A stretch of 64,000 nt of DNA from Bifidobacteriaceae bacterium (GTDB taxonomy: Bacteria > Actinomycetota > Actinomycetes > Actinomycetales > WQXJ01), in NCBI GenBank assembly GCA_031278655.1, contig JAITJZ010000062.1, positions 82 through 64,081 of the forward strand. Reading direction: 5' to 3'. Shown piece after piece: positions 8,782-18,120 of this stretch. The position numbers and the translations under genes were made by a program. The notes under the pieces were generated by a model, which saw nothing but the letters and a program-made list of their open reading frames with translations, did not search any database and was not told the origin of the DNA. Every line of letters starts with the position of its first letter. Within the stretch, counting starts at the first letter, position 1.

Positions 8782-9753
8782 ATGACAGCAGATCCCTCGC
8801 GCCTGATCGACATCGCGACCGGTTACATGGCTTCGAAGACGCTCTTCGGCGCCGCCCGGGTCGGCTTGTTCCAGGCGGTCGCCGATGGCGCGGACACGGT
8901 CGAAGCCGCCGCTGCGGCCATCGGCCGCAGCCAACGCCAGACCAGGATTCTGCTCGACGGCGTTCACGCGTCGGGCCTGATGACGCGCTCAAACGGCCGC
9001 TACGCCCTGGAGGCCGACGCCCGCGACTATCTGACCGGCGGCGACCTCGACCTCACCCCCTTCTTGAACTTCCTCGAGATCGGCAGTTTCCACTCCTTCG
9101 ACGATCACTGGCGGCGGACGGTCGACACCGACCAGGGCGGCGCCTTCGACGCCAGCGATGAAGCCTTCATGACCGCCTTCATGGCGGGAGTCATGCGCTA
9201 CAACGCCCTGCACGCCCACTGGTTCGCCCATGAGTTCCCGACCGAGGGCCGCACCCGCGTCCTCGACTTCGGCGGCTTCACCGCCGGCTGGTCGATCGAA
9301 CTGATGCGGCGCAACCCCGATCTGACGGTCACATTCGCCTACCCCGACTCGACCGCCCTGCGCGCGGACGTCGAGGCCGCCGGGCTGGGCGGGCGCGTGA
9401 CCTTCGCCGACATGCCGACCGAGACCGGCGTGCCCGGAGGCAATCACGACTTGGTCCTGGCCATCCACGTCATCCACCGCTTCTCCGACCCGGAGAACCG
9501 CGCCATCCTGGCGCACCTGCGGACCTCGGCCCGACCCGGCGCGAAGCTGGCGGTGTTCGACTTCTTCCACGACACGTCATCGGCCCAGCGCGACCTCGAC
9601 GCCCGGCACGCCGCCGAATACATCAACTTCGACGGCACCGTGGTCTGGCCGGAGGAGACGGTGGTCTCCTGGTTGGACGAGGCCGGCTGGTCCTTCGAGG
9701 GCTATGTGCCGGTGCCCGGCAGCCCCCGCGTGCTGGTCGCACGCGCGGTCTGA
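8782..9753 (+). CDS. SAM-dependent O-methyltransferase (class I, with N-terminal dimerisation/winged-helix region)
   Basis: The N-terminal IDIATGYMASKTLFGAARVGLF resembles plant/actinomycete OMT dimerisation domains. VLDFGGFTAGW is an SAM motif-I-like sequence. Confidence 0.7.
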   Translation: MTADPSRLIDIATGYMASKTLFGAARVGLFQAVADGADTVEAAAAAIGRSQRQTRILLDGVHASGLMTRSNGRYALEADARDYLTGGDLDLTPFLNFLEIGSFHSFDDHWRRTVDTDQGGAFDASDEAFMTAFMAGVMRYNALHAHWFAHEFPTEGRTRVLDFGGFTAGWSIELMRRNPDLTVTFAYPDSTALRADVEAAGLGGRVTFADMPTETGVPGGNHDLVLAIHVIHRFSDPENRAILAHLRTSARPGAKLAVFDFFHDTSSAQRDLDARHAAEYINFDGTVVWPEETVVSWLDEAGWSFEGYVPVPGSPRVLVARAV

Positions 9754-9868
9754 GAGCCGCGCGACCATTGGGCCTTGTCCGGGCGGGTAACCAGATCGAA
9801 ACCCAATCAGGCCCGCGCGATCCAAGACCGTAACTTCGCCGAAACTGCCCAGGGCCCCCGCCTCGGCT

Positions 9869-9895
9869 AGATTGTCTACGTCTGTAGAGCAATCT
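9869..9895. promoter_or_regulatory. 27-bp imperfect palindrome upstream of the ABC operon (candidate operator or 5' hairpin)
   Basis: agattgtctac-gtct-gtagaGcaatct: 11-bp arms with one bulged G and a 4-nt loop, ending 19 nt before ATG 9914. TAGATT (9868-9873) overlaps the left arm. Confidence 0.35.
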
Positions 9896-9913
9896 TGCAG
9901 GAGAGAAGGAGCC

Positions 9914-11473
9914 ATGAAAAGACTCACCAAGGCCGCCGCTGTTTGCTTCGCCGCGTCGGCCAGCCTCGCGTTCGGCGGGTGCTCCCCGTCCGACGAAGCC
10001 GCCACGCCAACCAATGACGACTCCGGCTACTCCGGACCAGACCACATCTCAATCACCCAATCGTTCTCCATGAACGGCTGGGAGATCGGCCAAAGCGGCT
10101 CCGCCTTCGCGGGGACCTTCTATTCGGCCGTCTACGACCCGCTCTACCTGATCGACGGCGCCAACGAGCCTTACGGGGTTGTCGCCCAGGACACCGAGAT
10201 CTCTGAAGACGGGTTGACTTACACCTTCAACGTGCGTCCCGGGGTTGTCTTCACCGATGGCACCGAGTTGGACGCCGCCGGCGTGGTGACCAACCTGGAA
10301 TACCTCGCCGCCGGCTTCGGCACCGCCAGCACCTACGCCAAAGTCGCTGGCTTCGCCGCGCTCGACGAGGACACCGTCGAGATGACCCTGTCGAGCCCCG
10401 ACCCGGTGCTCCTCTACAACATGGGACTCGGCGGCAGCTACTTGGCCTCGCCGACAGCCTTGGCAAGCCCGGACTACGCCGAGGCGACGGCCCCGTCCGG
10501 GTCGGGGCCCTACGTCTTCGACGAAGCCGCCTCCCTGGTGCCGACTGATTACGTCTTCACCCGCAACGAGAACCATTGGGAGGCCGACCGCTGGCCGTGG
10601 TCCTACCTCGAGATCCATGTGGTCCAAGACTTCACCGGCGCTGGCACGGCCCAAAACATGCTCACGGCCGGCGACACCAACGTCATGTACGCGTCGTGGA
10701 GGCCGGGCCTTGAAGACGACGCCGAAGCCAACGGCTGGGAGATGGTCGAGAACTACTCCGCCTGGGACGGCGTCATGATCGCCGACCGGGCGGGCGACGT
10801 CATCGAACCCCTGGCCGACCCGAAGGTGCGCCTCGCCCTCAACCTGGTCATGGACCGCGAGGCCCGCCTGGCTGGCGCCACCGTCGACCCCGGCACCTAC
10901 GTCACCAACCAGGTCTTCGCCAAAGTCGACCCGGACGTCGAAAGCTACCCCTACGACATCGAGCAGGCCAAAGCCCTGCTGGCGGAGGCCGGCTACGCGG
11001 ACGGCTTCAGCTTCGACGTCCCGGCCGGCGGCTACTTCGATGACACGATGGCGTTGATCGCCCAGGAGTGGGCCGAGGTCGGCGTCATCGCCAACATGGT
11101 CCAGCTAACCCCCGACGTCTACAACCAACAGGTGTTCGCGGGCAAGTGGCCGGTCTTCGCCGCCAAGCTGCAGCTCTACGGCAATCCGATGAAGACGGTC
11201 CAGGACTATTTCACGACCGGCGCCATGAACAACCCGTTCGACTCGTCAGCCAAGGACCCGGTCATGACCGACCTGATCGCGCAGTTCTACGAGGCGGGGG
11301 CCGACACCGACGCGATCTCCAAACAGATCAATGAGCACATCACGGCCGAGTCGTGGTTCGGGATCACCGCGCACACCCGCGACCTCTACGTCCTGGCCGA
11401 CGGCCTGACGGTGAAGCCGGTCCAAGGGCTGTACGTGCCGAATTTCCAGCAGTTCCTGCCAGACGCCAAGTGA
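9914..11473 (+). CDS. ABC transporter substrate-binding lipoprotein (family 5, peptide/nickel type)
   Basis: MKRLTKAAAVCFAASASLAFGGCSP is a lipoprotein signal with a lipobox Cys. The length and composition fit a family-5 SBP. GGAGAGAAGGAG lies upstream. Confidence 0.85.
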   Translation: MKRLTKAAAVCFAASASLAFGGCSPSDEAATPTNDDSGYSGPDHISITQSFSMNGWEIGQSGSAFAGTFYSAVYDPLYLIDGANEPYGVVAQDTEISEDGLTYTFNVRPGVVFTDGTELDAAGVVTNLEYLAAGFGTASTYAKVAGFAALDEDTVEMTLSSPDPVLLYNMGLGGSYLASPTALASPDYAEATAPSGSGPYVFDEAASLVPTDYVFTRNENHWEADRWPWSYLEIHVVQDFTGAGTAQNMLTAGDTNVMYASWRPGLEDDAEANGWEMVENYSAWDGVMIADRAGDVIEPLADPKVRLALNLVMDREARLAGATVDPGTYVTNQVFAKVDPDVESYPYDIEQAKALLAEAGYADGFSFDVPAGGYFDDTMALIAQEWAEVGVIANMVQLTPDVYNQQVFAGKWPVFAAKLQLYGNPMKTVQDYFTTGAMNNPFDSSAKDPVMTDLIAQFYEAGADTDAISKQINEHITAESWFGITAHTRDLYVLADGLTVKPVQGLYVPNFQQFLPDAK

Positions 11474-11540
11474 CGGGAGGCCAACCGGGTTCCGGCGGCC
11501 AAGCCGGAACCCGGGGCCAACCGAGGGAAGCGAGGCTCAG

Positions 11541-12488
11541 ATGCTGAAGTTCACGGTCAAGCGGCTGGTGAGCGCGGTCGCGCTGATGGTGTTCGTGGCG
11601 ACGGGCACCTTCTTCATGGCCCACAAGGCGATTCCGGACCCGGTGGCCAACCTCTTCGGGAAGGTCAGTTTCACGGCCGAGCAATACGAGGCCAAGAAGG
11701 CGCAACTGGGTCTGGACCAGCCGATCCTGACGCAGTTCTGGAACTGGTTCCGCCACCTGCTGACCGGGGACTTCGGCACCACCTGGGTGGGGGCGCCGAC
11801 CCCAATCATCAAGGACCTGGCCGTGCGCCTGCCCGTGACCCTCTCGATCGTGATCCTGGGGCTGGCGGTCATGGCCGTCCTAGGCGCCATCCTCGGGGTG
11901 CTGGCTGGCATCCGGCCGGGCAGCTGGGGAGACCGGATGATCAGCGCGTCATCGGTCGTCTTCTTCGCCGTGCCCGGGTTCCTGGTGTCGATCGCCCTGC
12001 TCTGGGTGCTGGCGGTCAAGCTCGGTTGGTTCCCCGTCAGCGGCTACATCAAACCGGAGCGCGATCTGTTGGGCTGGTTGCGGAGCATAACGTTGCCGGC
12101 CGTCTCGCTCGCCCTCGGCGGCGTGGTCATGATCGCGGTCCAACTGCGCAACGCCATCGTCACCGCCAACTCGTCTGACTATGTGCGCACGCTGCGGGCT
12201 CGGGGCCTGCCGCCGCGGGCGGTGGCGCTGCACCTGCTCCGCAGCGCCGCCCCGGCTGCGATCACAATCATCGCCTTGATGTTTGTAAGCCTGCTGAGCG
12301 GAGCCGTGATCCTCGAAAGCATGTTCAATATGCCAGGAATTGGGTCGGCCACGAAGGACGCCTCCCAGACCGGCAACATCCCCATGATCCTGGCGCTGAC
12401 GGTGGTCAGCGTGTTGTTCGTGGTGATCGTCAACTTCCTGCTCGACCTGGTGCTCGGGTGGATCAATCCAAAAGCGAGGATCAAGTGA
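11541..12488 (+). CDS. ABC transporter permease (DppB/OppB-like)
   Basis: Opens MLKFTVKRLVSAVALMVFV and has multiple transmembrane segments and an EAA-like loop. Confidence 0.9.
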   Translation: MLKFTVKRLVSAVALMVFVATGTFFMAHKAIPDPVANLFGKVSFTAEQYEAKKAQLGLDQPILTQFWNWFRHLLTGDFGTTWVGAPTPIIKDLAVRLPVTLSIVILGLAVMAVLGAILGVLAGIRPGSWGDRMISASSVVFFAVPGFLVSIALLWVLAVKLGWFPVSGYIKPERDLLGWLRSITLPAVSLALGGVVMIAVQLRNAIVTANSSDYVRTLRARGLPPRAVALHLLRSAAPAAITIIALMFVSLLSGAVILESMFNMPGIGSATKDASQTGNIPMILALTVVSVLFVVIVNFLLDLVLGWINPKARIK

Positions 12489-14311
12489 GCGAGACCGTCG
12501 CCCTGGCCACGGCAGAGGTCCTGCCGGCCGTGCAGCCGGCGGAGGCGAGGCCCCAGAACCGCTCGGTCGCCTTCCGCTTCCTGACCCAGCCCGGGGGCTG
12601 GATTCCGCTGCTCTTGGTCCTGGCCATCTTGGTGCTGGCGTTCGGGGCGCCGCTGTGGGGTCTGCAAGACCCCATGCACATCGACCCCCGCGTCGCCGAC
12701 CAGGCGCCAAGCGCCGACCACTGGCTGGGGACGGACTCGACCGGCCGCGACCTCTGGTCGCGCCTGGTCTGGGGAGGGCAGGACGCCTTCAGAGGCGCGG
12801 CCATAGTGCTGGTGGTGGCGCTGATCCTGGGGGTGCCGACAGGACTGATCGCCGGCTACCACGGTGGGCTGGCGGACGGGCTGCTGGGGTGGGTGAGCGA
12901 CGTCCTGATGTCGCTGCCGAGCATCATCATCCTGCTCATAGTCGCGGGCCTGACCCATCAAAACGCCGACGTGCTGATGGCCGCGATGGGGGTCTTCATG
13001 GCCCCGGGCTACTTCCGGTTGACCCGGTCCTCGACCATTGCCGTGCGCGCCGAGCCATACATTGACGCCGCCCGGGTGGCCGGCATCTCGCACACCCGGA
13101 TCGTCTTTGTGCACATCTGGCGGGTCATCGCGGCGCCAATCGTCATTCAAACGGCGATGACGATCGGCGTGGCCCTCGGCATGCAGGCCGGCCTGCAGAT
13201 TCTTGGCGTCGGCGACTCACAGGCGCCGAGTTGGGGCGGGATGATGTCCTCGGCCATGGGGTCGCTGCGCACAAACGCCTGGCTGATAGTCCCGCCGGCC
13301 GCCATGCTGGGGCTGGTGATCGCGGCCTTCGCCATCATGGGCGCGCGGCTGGGGGAGATCACCGGCAACCGGTCGGAGAAAGCCAAGCACCTGACCCGCG
13401 CCGAGAAGGCCGAACTGGCCGGCGCCGCAGCGGCGCGGGCGGCCGAGGCGACTCAGCCTAACCAAGACTTGATGGTGGCGGTCAAGGGGCTGAAGGTCAC
13501 CTACGCCACGGCCAAGGCCCGCGTCGAGGTTGTGCACGGCGTTGACCTGGCGGTCCGCAAAGGCGAGGTCCTTGGCTTGGTCGGCGAGTCGGGTTCCGGC
13601 AAGTCGCAGTCGATCTTCGCGCTGCTCGGCCTGCTGGCTGGCAACGGCTACGCCGAGGCGGAGGCGATCTGGGTGGACGGGCAGAACGTGCTGACGCTCC
13701 CGGCGGCGAAGCGCCGGGCGCTGCTCGGCAGGACGATCGGCTACGTGCCGCAGGAGCCGATTTCCAACCTTGACCCGATGTACACCATTGGCCACCAACT
13801 GGTCGAGCCGATGCGCAAGGTCCTTGGCATGGGCAAGGCCGAGGCGCGGGCCTACGCCCTGGAACTGTTGGCGCGGGTCGGCATCGAAGACCCGGCCCGC
13901 GTCATGGGACTCCACCCGCACGAGGTGTCCGGCGGCATGGCCCAGCGCGTGCTGATAGCCGGCGCCGTCGCAGGACATCCCAAGGTCATCGTGGCCGACG
14001 AGCCGACCACCGCACTGGACGTGACCGTGCAGGCAGAAGTGCTGGAACTGCTGCGCGAGCTCCAGCGCGAGCAGGGCATGGCGCTGGTGATCGTGACACA
14101 CAACTTTGGCGTGGTGGCGGACATCGCCGACACGGTGACGGTGATGAAAGACGGCCTGGTGGTCGAGTCCGGCGCCGTGGGCTCGATCTTCGCCCACGCG
14201 GCCGACCCGTACACGCGCGAGTTGATCGAGGCTTCGTCCAAGACGCCCAGCCGGGCGGCGCTCGACGAGGGCGGCGTCGGCGCGGGCGCGCCCGCGAAGG
14301 GAGGGGTCTGA
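12458..14311 (+). CDS. fused ABC permease (DppC-like) and ATP-binding protein (DppD-like)
   Basis: The N-terminal half is a permease (GTDSTGRDLWSRLVWG). The C-terminal half has Walker A GESGSGKSQ, the signature VSGGMAQRV and Walker B VIVADEPTTALD. An alternative GTG at 12485 overlaps the upstream stop (GTGA). Confidence 0.85.
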   Translation: MDQSKSEDQVSETVALATAEVLPAVQPAEARPQNRSVAFRFLTQPGGWIPLLLVLAILVLAFGAPLWGLQDPMHIDPRVADQAPSADHWLGTDSTGRDLWSRLVWGGQDAFRGAAIVLVVALILGVPTGLIAGYHGGLADGLLGWVSDVLMSLPSIIILLIVAGLTHQNADVLMAAMGVFMAPGYFRLTRSSTIAVRAEPYIDAARVAGISHTRIVFVHIWRVIAAPIVIQTAMTIGVALGMQAGLQILGVGDSQAPSWGGMMSSAMGSLRTNAWLIVPPAAMLGLVIAAFAIMGARLGEITGNRSEKAKHLTRAEKAELAGAAAARAAEATQPNQDLMVAVKGLKVTYATAKARVEVVHGVDLAVRKGEVLGLVGESGSGKSQSIFALLGLLAGNGYAEAEAIWVDGQNVLTLPAAKRRALLGRTIGYVPQEPISNLDPMYTIGHQLVEPMRKVLGMGKAEARAYALELLARVGIEDPARVMGLHPHEVSGGMAQRVLIAGAVAGHPKVIVADEPTTALDVTVQAEVLELLRELQREQGMALVIVTHNFGVVADIADTVTVMKDGLVVESGAVGSIFAHAADPYTRELIEASSKTPSRAALDEGGVGAGAPAKGGV

Positions 14312-15139
14312 ATGGCCGACGCGCCGCTGTTAGAGGTCAACGACCTCAGCCTTGACTATGGCCGGGGCAAGTCGTTGTTCCGAGCCCTCGACCACGTGTC
14401 GCTGGAAATCCACCGGGGGGAGTGCCTCGGGCTGGTCGGGGAGTCTGGTTCGGGCAAGTCGACCCTCGGCAAGGCGATCCTCGGGCTGGCACAGTCGGTC
14501 GGGGGCGAGATCGTCTTCGACGGCCGTGAGATCCAAAGGCTGCCCCCGCCGATGCGTCGGCGCCTGGCGAAAGACCTGCAGGTGATTTTCCAGGACCCCT
14601 ACGGGTCGTTGTCGCCGGCCATGACGATCGGCCGGATTCTGGCCGAGCCGCTGCGGGTTGGCGGCATGCGTTATGAGCAGGCCAAGACCGCGGTCGGGGA
14701 AATGCTGGAACGGGTGAGCCTGCCCCGGGAGTGGATCGACCGCTATCCCTCGGAGTTCTCCGGCGGCCAGCGCCAACGCATCGCCATCGCCCGGGCGCTG
14801 ATCCGCCAGCCGCGGTTGATAGTCTGCGACGAGCCGGTCTCCGCGCTCGACGTCACCACCCAGTCCACGATCATTGACCTGCTGATCGAGCTGCAGCGGG
14901 AGACGGGCGTCGCCTACCTGTTCATCTCTCACGACCTGGCCGTGGTGCGCCGCATCTGTCATCGGGTGGCGGTGCTGTTCAAGGGCCAGATTGTGGAGCA
15001 GGGCGGGGGCGAGAAGATGACCACCAACCCTGACCACCCCTATTCGAAGCGCCTGCTGATGGCCTCGCCGGTGGCCGACCCGACCGAGCAGGCGCGCCGC
15101 CGCGAAGCCTGGCTGCAGGTGCGGACGGGACAGGCGTGA
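14312..15139 (+). CDS. ABC transporter ATP-binding protein (DppF-like)
   Basis: Has Walker A GESGSGKST, the signature FSGGQRQRIAIARAL, Walker B LIVCDEPVSALD and the H-loop FISHDL. Confidence 0.9.
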   Translation: MADAPLLEVNDLSLDYGRGKSLFRALDHVSLEIHRGECLGLVGESGSGKSTLGKAILGLAQSVGGEIVFDGREIQRLPPPMRRRLAKDLQVIFQDPYGSLSPAMTIGRILAEPLRVGGMRYEQAKTAVGEMLERVSLPREWIDRYPSEFSGGQRQRIAIARALIRQPRLIVCDEPVSALDVTTQSTIIDLLIELQRETGVAYLFISHDLAVVRRICHRVAVLFKGQIVEQGGGEKMTTNPDHPYSKRLLMASPVADPTEQARRREAWLQVRTGQA

Positions 15140-15171
15140 GCGGGACAGGCGTGAGCGGGACAGGCGTGAGA
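15127..15171. repeat. 15-bp tandem repeat gggacaggcgtgagc x3 spanning a stop/start junction
   Basis: Read directly from the sequence. Each copy carries GTGA. The first TGA (15137-15139) is the DppF stop, and GTGs at 15136, 15151 and 15166 are all in frame with the downstream ORF. Confidence 0.95.
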
Positions 15172-16011
15172 GGGGAGAGCGCCAGCGGGGCCGGGCCTTC
15201 GGCGCGGGAACGCAACCGCCGGATCGTCACCGACTTCTACACCCTCGCCTTCATCCGTCTGGAGCACGAGGCGGCCGCCGCCGCCCACCTGACCCGGGAT
15301 TACATCCAGCACAATCCGTTCGTCCCGGACGGCAGGGACGGCTTTGTCCAATTCTTCAAGGACTTCGACCTTGCCCGCGAGCCCGGTTACGAGCACAGGA
15401 TCCTGCGGACGGTCGCGGACGAGGACCTGGTCGCGGTCCACTGCCTGATGAAGAGTTCCCGCTCGCCTTTCGGCGTGGCCCTGGTCGACATCTTCCACGT
15501 CACTGCCGAGGGCCTGATCGACGAGCACTGGGACGTTTTCAAGGAGCTGGCCGATCCGGCGACCTTGCCCCACGCCAACGGTGAGATCGACGACATCGTG
15601 CGCGTTCGGCCCGGCGACGCCAACCTCAACCGTTGGGCGTTGGTCGACTTTTGGACCATGGCCTTTGTCCAAAAGCGGTACGCGGCGGCGGCGGCGAAGC
15701 ACTTCGGCGACCGGTACGTGCAGCACAATTCTTTCGTGGCCGATGCCGTCGAGGGCTTCACCTGCCATTTCGAGGGTTCCAGCGGCCATCGCCAGGAGAC
15801 GTATTGCCAGATTCCGCTGCGTTTCATCGTTGACGAGGAGTATGGGGCCGTGCATGAGTGGTTGCGTCCCGACGTCACCGACACCGCCGACCGCGGCGTG
15901 ATGATTGTGGACATCTTCCGCTTCGACCGGGGAAAGATCGTCGAGCACTGGGACGTGTTCACGCCCCGCTGGGCGCCGGCGGATTCCGCCAACGCTCGCG
16001 GGATGATCTGA
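15136..16011 (+). CDS. tandem SnoaL-like / NTF2-fold protein (two domains)
   Basis: The two halves align with each other: RIVTDFYTLAFIR..YIQHNPFVPDG..VDIFHVTAEGLIDEHWDVF versus RWALVDFWTMAFVQ..YVQHNSFVADA..VDIFRFDRGKIVEHWDVF. The true start among the three repeated GTGs is uncertain. Confidence 0.7.
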   Translation: MSGTGVSGTGVRGESASGAGPSARERNRRIVTDFYTLAFIRLEHEAAAAAHLTRDYIQHNPFVPDGRDGFVQFFKDFDLAREPGYEHRILRTVADEDLVAVHCLMKSSRSPFGVALVDIFHVTAEGLIDEHWDVFKELADPATLPHANGEIDDIVRVRPGDANLNRWALVDFWTMAFVQKRYAAAAAKHFGDRYVQHNSFVADAVEGFTCHFEGSSGHRQETYCQIPLRFIVDEEYGAVHEWLRPDVTDTADRGVMIVDIFRFDRGKIVEHWDVFTPRWAPADSANARGMI

Positions 16012-16020
16012 GGCCGCCGC

Positions 16021-18033
16021 TCAGGCGGCGTTGTAGCCGGCGAAGTAGCCGGCCAGGACGGCCTCGTTCATTTGGCCGGCCTTGGCGCAGTCGCCGACCA
16101 GCCGGACGCTCGGGGCCGATCCGATGAACGCCTCCGCGCCCGCGCGCAGGGGGACCAGGCCGGCGGCGATCAAGATCAGGTCGGCGGGCAGGACCTCGTC
16201 CGGCGCGGCGGCGGCGGCGTGGGCGCCGGCGGGGCGCCCGGCCACGCCGCGCGGCTCGATCGCTGACGCCCGCCAGCCCAGGCGCAGCTCCAGATTGTCG
16301 AGAAGCTCGATCTGCTCCGTCAGGGCCAGGTGATGAAGATAGGGCGCGTCGGCCGCGAAGGACTCGGTCATTTCGACAATTGTGGTCGAGGCGCCGGCTT
16401 TGGCCCAGGCCAGCCCCTCCTCGACGCCGACCTGGCCGCCGCCTATGACCACGACCCTGAAAGAGCGGTCGCAGGGCGCCGGCTCGGGCCTGGCGGCGGA
16501 CGCGGCCCAGGCGACGCGCGGGTCGTCCAAGCCGGCGATGGGCGGCACGGCCGGGCGCGCGCCGATGGCCACGATCAGGCAGTCTGGCGCCTCGCGTTCG
16601 ACCAGCGCCGGCGTGGCCTCTTGGCCCAGCCGCAGGTCGATCAGCGGGTGGGTCGCCACGCGGGCGGCCAGGACGGCCACAAAGCGCCCGATGTCGGCCT
16701 TGAAGTCAGCCCGCCCGGCCAGTTCGAGCATGCCGCCCACCCGCTCAGACTTCTCCCACAGGCTGACGGCGTGGCCGCGTTCGGCCGCGCCCAGCGCGGC
16801 CTCAAGACCGGCCGGTCCGGCGCCAACGACCATGACCCGGAGCGGCGGGGCGGCGGGCACGCGGTCGCGGCGCAGGAAGGCGGCGTCGAGGCCGAACCAC
16901 GGGTTGACCGCGCAGTGGGCCACGCCGGCGTCGAATTTGACGTAGGGGACGAATCCGACCGACAGGCAGGTGTTGCAGCGCACGCAGGGCGTGATGTCGC
17001 CGGCCCGTCCGCGCAAGGCCTTGCGCGGCATCATCGGGTCGGCCACCAGCGTCCTGGCCAGGGCGACGGCGTCGGCTTGGCCGGTGGCGAGGATCTCCTC
17101 CAACTGGCGCGGGTCGCCAAGGCCGCCCACGGTCACCACCGGAATCGAGACGCGCCGCTTGACGGCGGCCGCCAGGTAAACGTTGACGCCGCGGGGGGTG
17201 AACATTGATGGGAACATCCGCAGGCCGGCGCGGCGGTTGTGGAAGTTGGCGGCGGACACATGGATCAAGTCGATCTTCGGCGCCAGCAATTCGGCGAAGT
17301 CAAGCAGGTCCTCTTGGGTGGCGCCGCCGGGCATCAGGTCGTCGCCGCTGATCCTGAACTCGATCGGGAAATCGGGTCCGCATTTGGCGCGGATGGATTC
17401 GGCCACCATCAGGGCGAACCGGGCCCGGTTCGCCAGCGGGCCGCCGAAGCGGTCTTCGCGCCGATTCGTCGCCGGGGCCAGGAACTGCGAGATCAGCCAG
17501 CCGTGGCCGGCGTGGACGGTGACGAAGTCGCAGCCGCCCCATTGGGCCAGTTCGGCGGCGTCGCCGAAGGCCGCCGCGATGACGGCGATCAACTCCTCGT
17601 CCAGTTGTTCGACGCGGTGCGACCCGTCGCCGTAATGCTCGAAGCCAGCGGACGGCCCGTAGACCTTGCCCTCGGCGTTGTAGGCCGGGTCGGCCCGCTC
17701 GCCGGGATGGAGCAGTTCGATCGACGCCAGGGCGCCGTGGCGGTGGATGGCGTCGGTGCAGCGGCTGAGGTGGGGCAGGAGGGTCGGGGTGTCCAGGCGC
17801 AAGAAGCCGCCGTGATTGTTGCCGGTGGCCGGGTGGACCAGCGTCTCGCCGATCACCACGGCCGCGGCCCCGCCCTTGGCGATGAGCTCGTATTGCGCCA
17901 CGCCGCTCTCCAAGAGCGAGCCGTAGTCCTTGACCTCTGCGCGCAGGCTCATCGGCGCCGAGGCGATCCGGTTCTTCCAGGTGGTCTTGCCCACACGCAG
18001 TGGGCTGAAAAGGGTTGGGAATTGGTGATGCAT
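16021..18033 (-). CDS. NADH:flavin oxidoreductase (Old Yellow Enzyme domain) fused to an FAD/NAD(P)-binding domain, 2,4-dienoyl-CoA-reductase-like
   Basis: The N-terminus FSPLRVGKTTWKNRIASAPM fits an OYE TIM barrel. There is a CVRCNTC...C Fe-S cluster motif and a VMVVGAGPAGLEAA Rossmann motif. Confidence 0.85.
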   Translation of the reverse strand: MHHQFPTLFSPLRVGKTTWKNRIASAPMSLRAEVKDYGSLLESGVAQYELIAKGGAAAVVIGETLVHPATGNNHGGFLRLDTPTLLPHLSRCTDAIHRHGALASIELLHPGERADPAYNAEGKVYGPSAGFEHYGDGSHRVEQLDEELIAVIAAAFGDAAELAQWGGCDFVTVHAGHGWLISQFLAPATNRREDRFGGPLANRARFALMVAESIRAKCGPDFPIEFRISGDDLMPGGATQEDLLDFAELLAPKIDLIHVSAANFHNRRAGLRMFPSMFTPRGVNVYLAAAVKRRVSIPVVTVGGLGDPRQLEEILATGQADAVALARTLVADPMMPRKALRGRAGDITPCVRCNTCLSVGFVPYVKFDAGVAHCAVNPWFGLDAAFLRRDRVPAAPPLRVMVVGAGPAGLEAALGAAERGHAVSLWEKSERVGGMLELAGRADFKADIGRFVAVLAARVATHPLIDLRLGQEATPALVEREAPDCLIVAIGARPAVPPIAGLDDPRVAWAASAARPEPAPCDRSFRVVVIGGGQVGVEEGLAWAKAGASTTIVEMTESFAADAPYLHHLALTEQIELLDNLELRLGWRASAIEPRGVAGRPAGAHAAAAAPDEVLPADLILIAAGLVPLRAGAEAFIGSAPSVRLVGDCAKAGQMNEAVLAGYFAGYNAA

Positions 18034-18120
18034 TCTGAGGCCTCCGCATCAATAATGCCGCCGCGGCGGCGAGCGCGCCATGAGTCTGGCGCCGGGGATT
18101 TGATTGGCCGTGGCCGCGGG

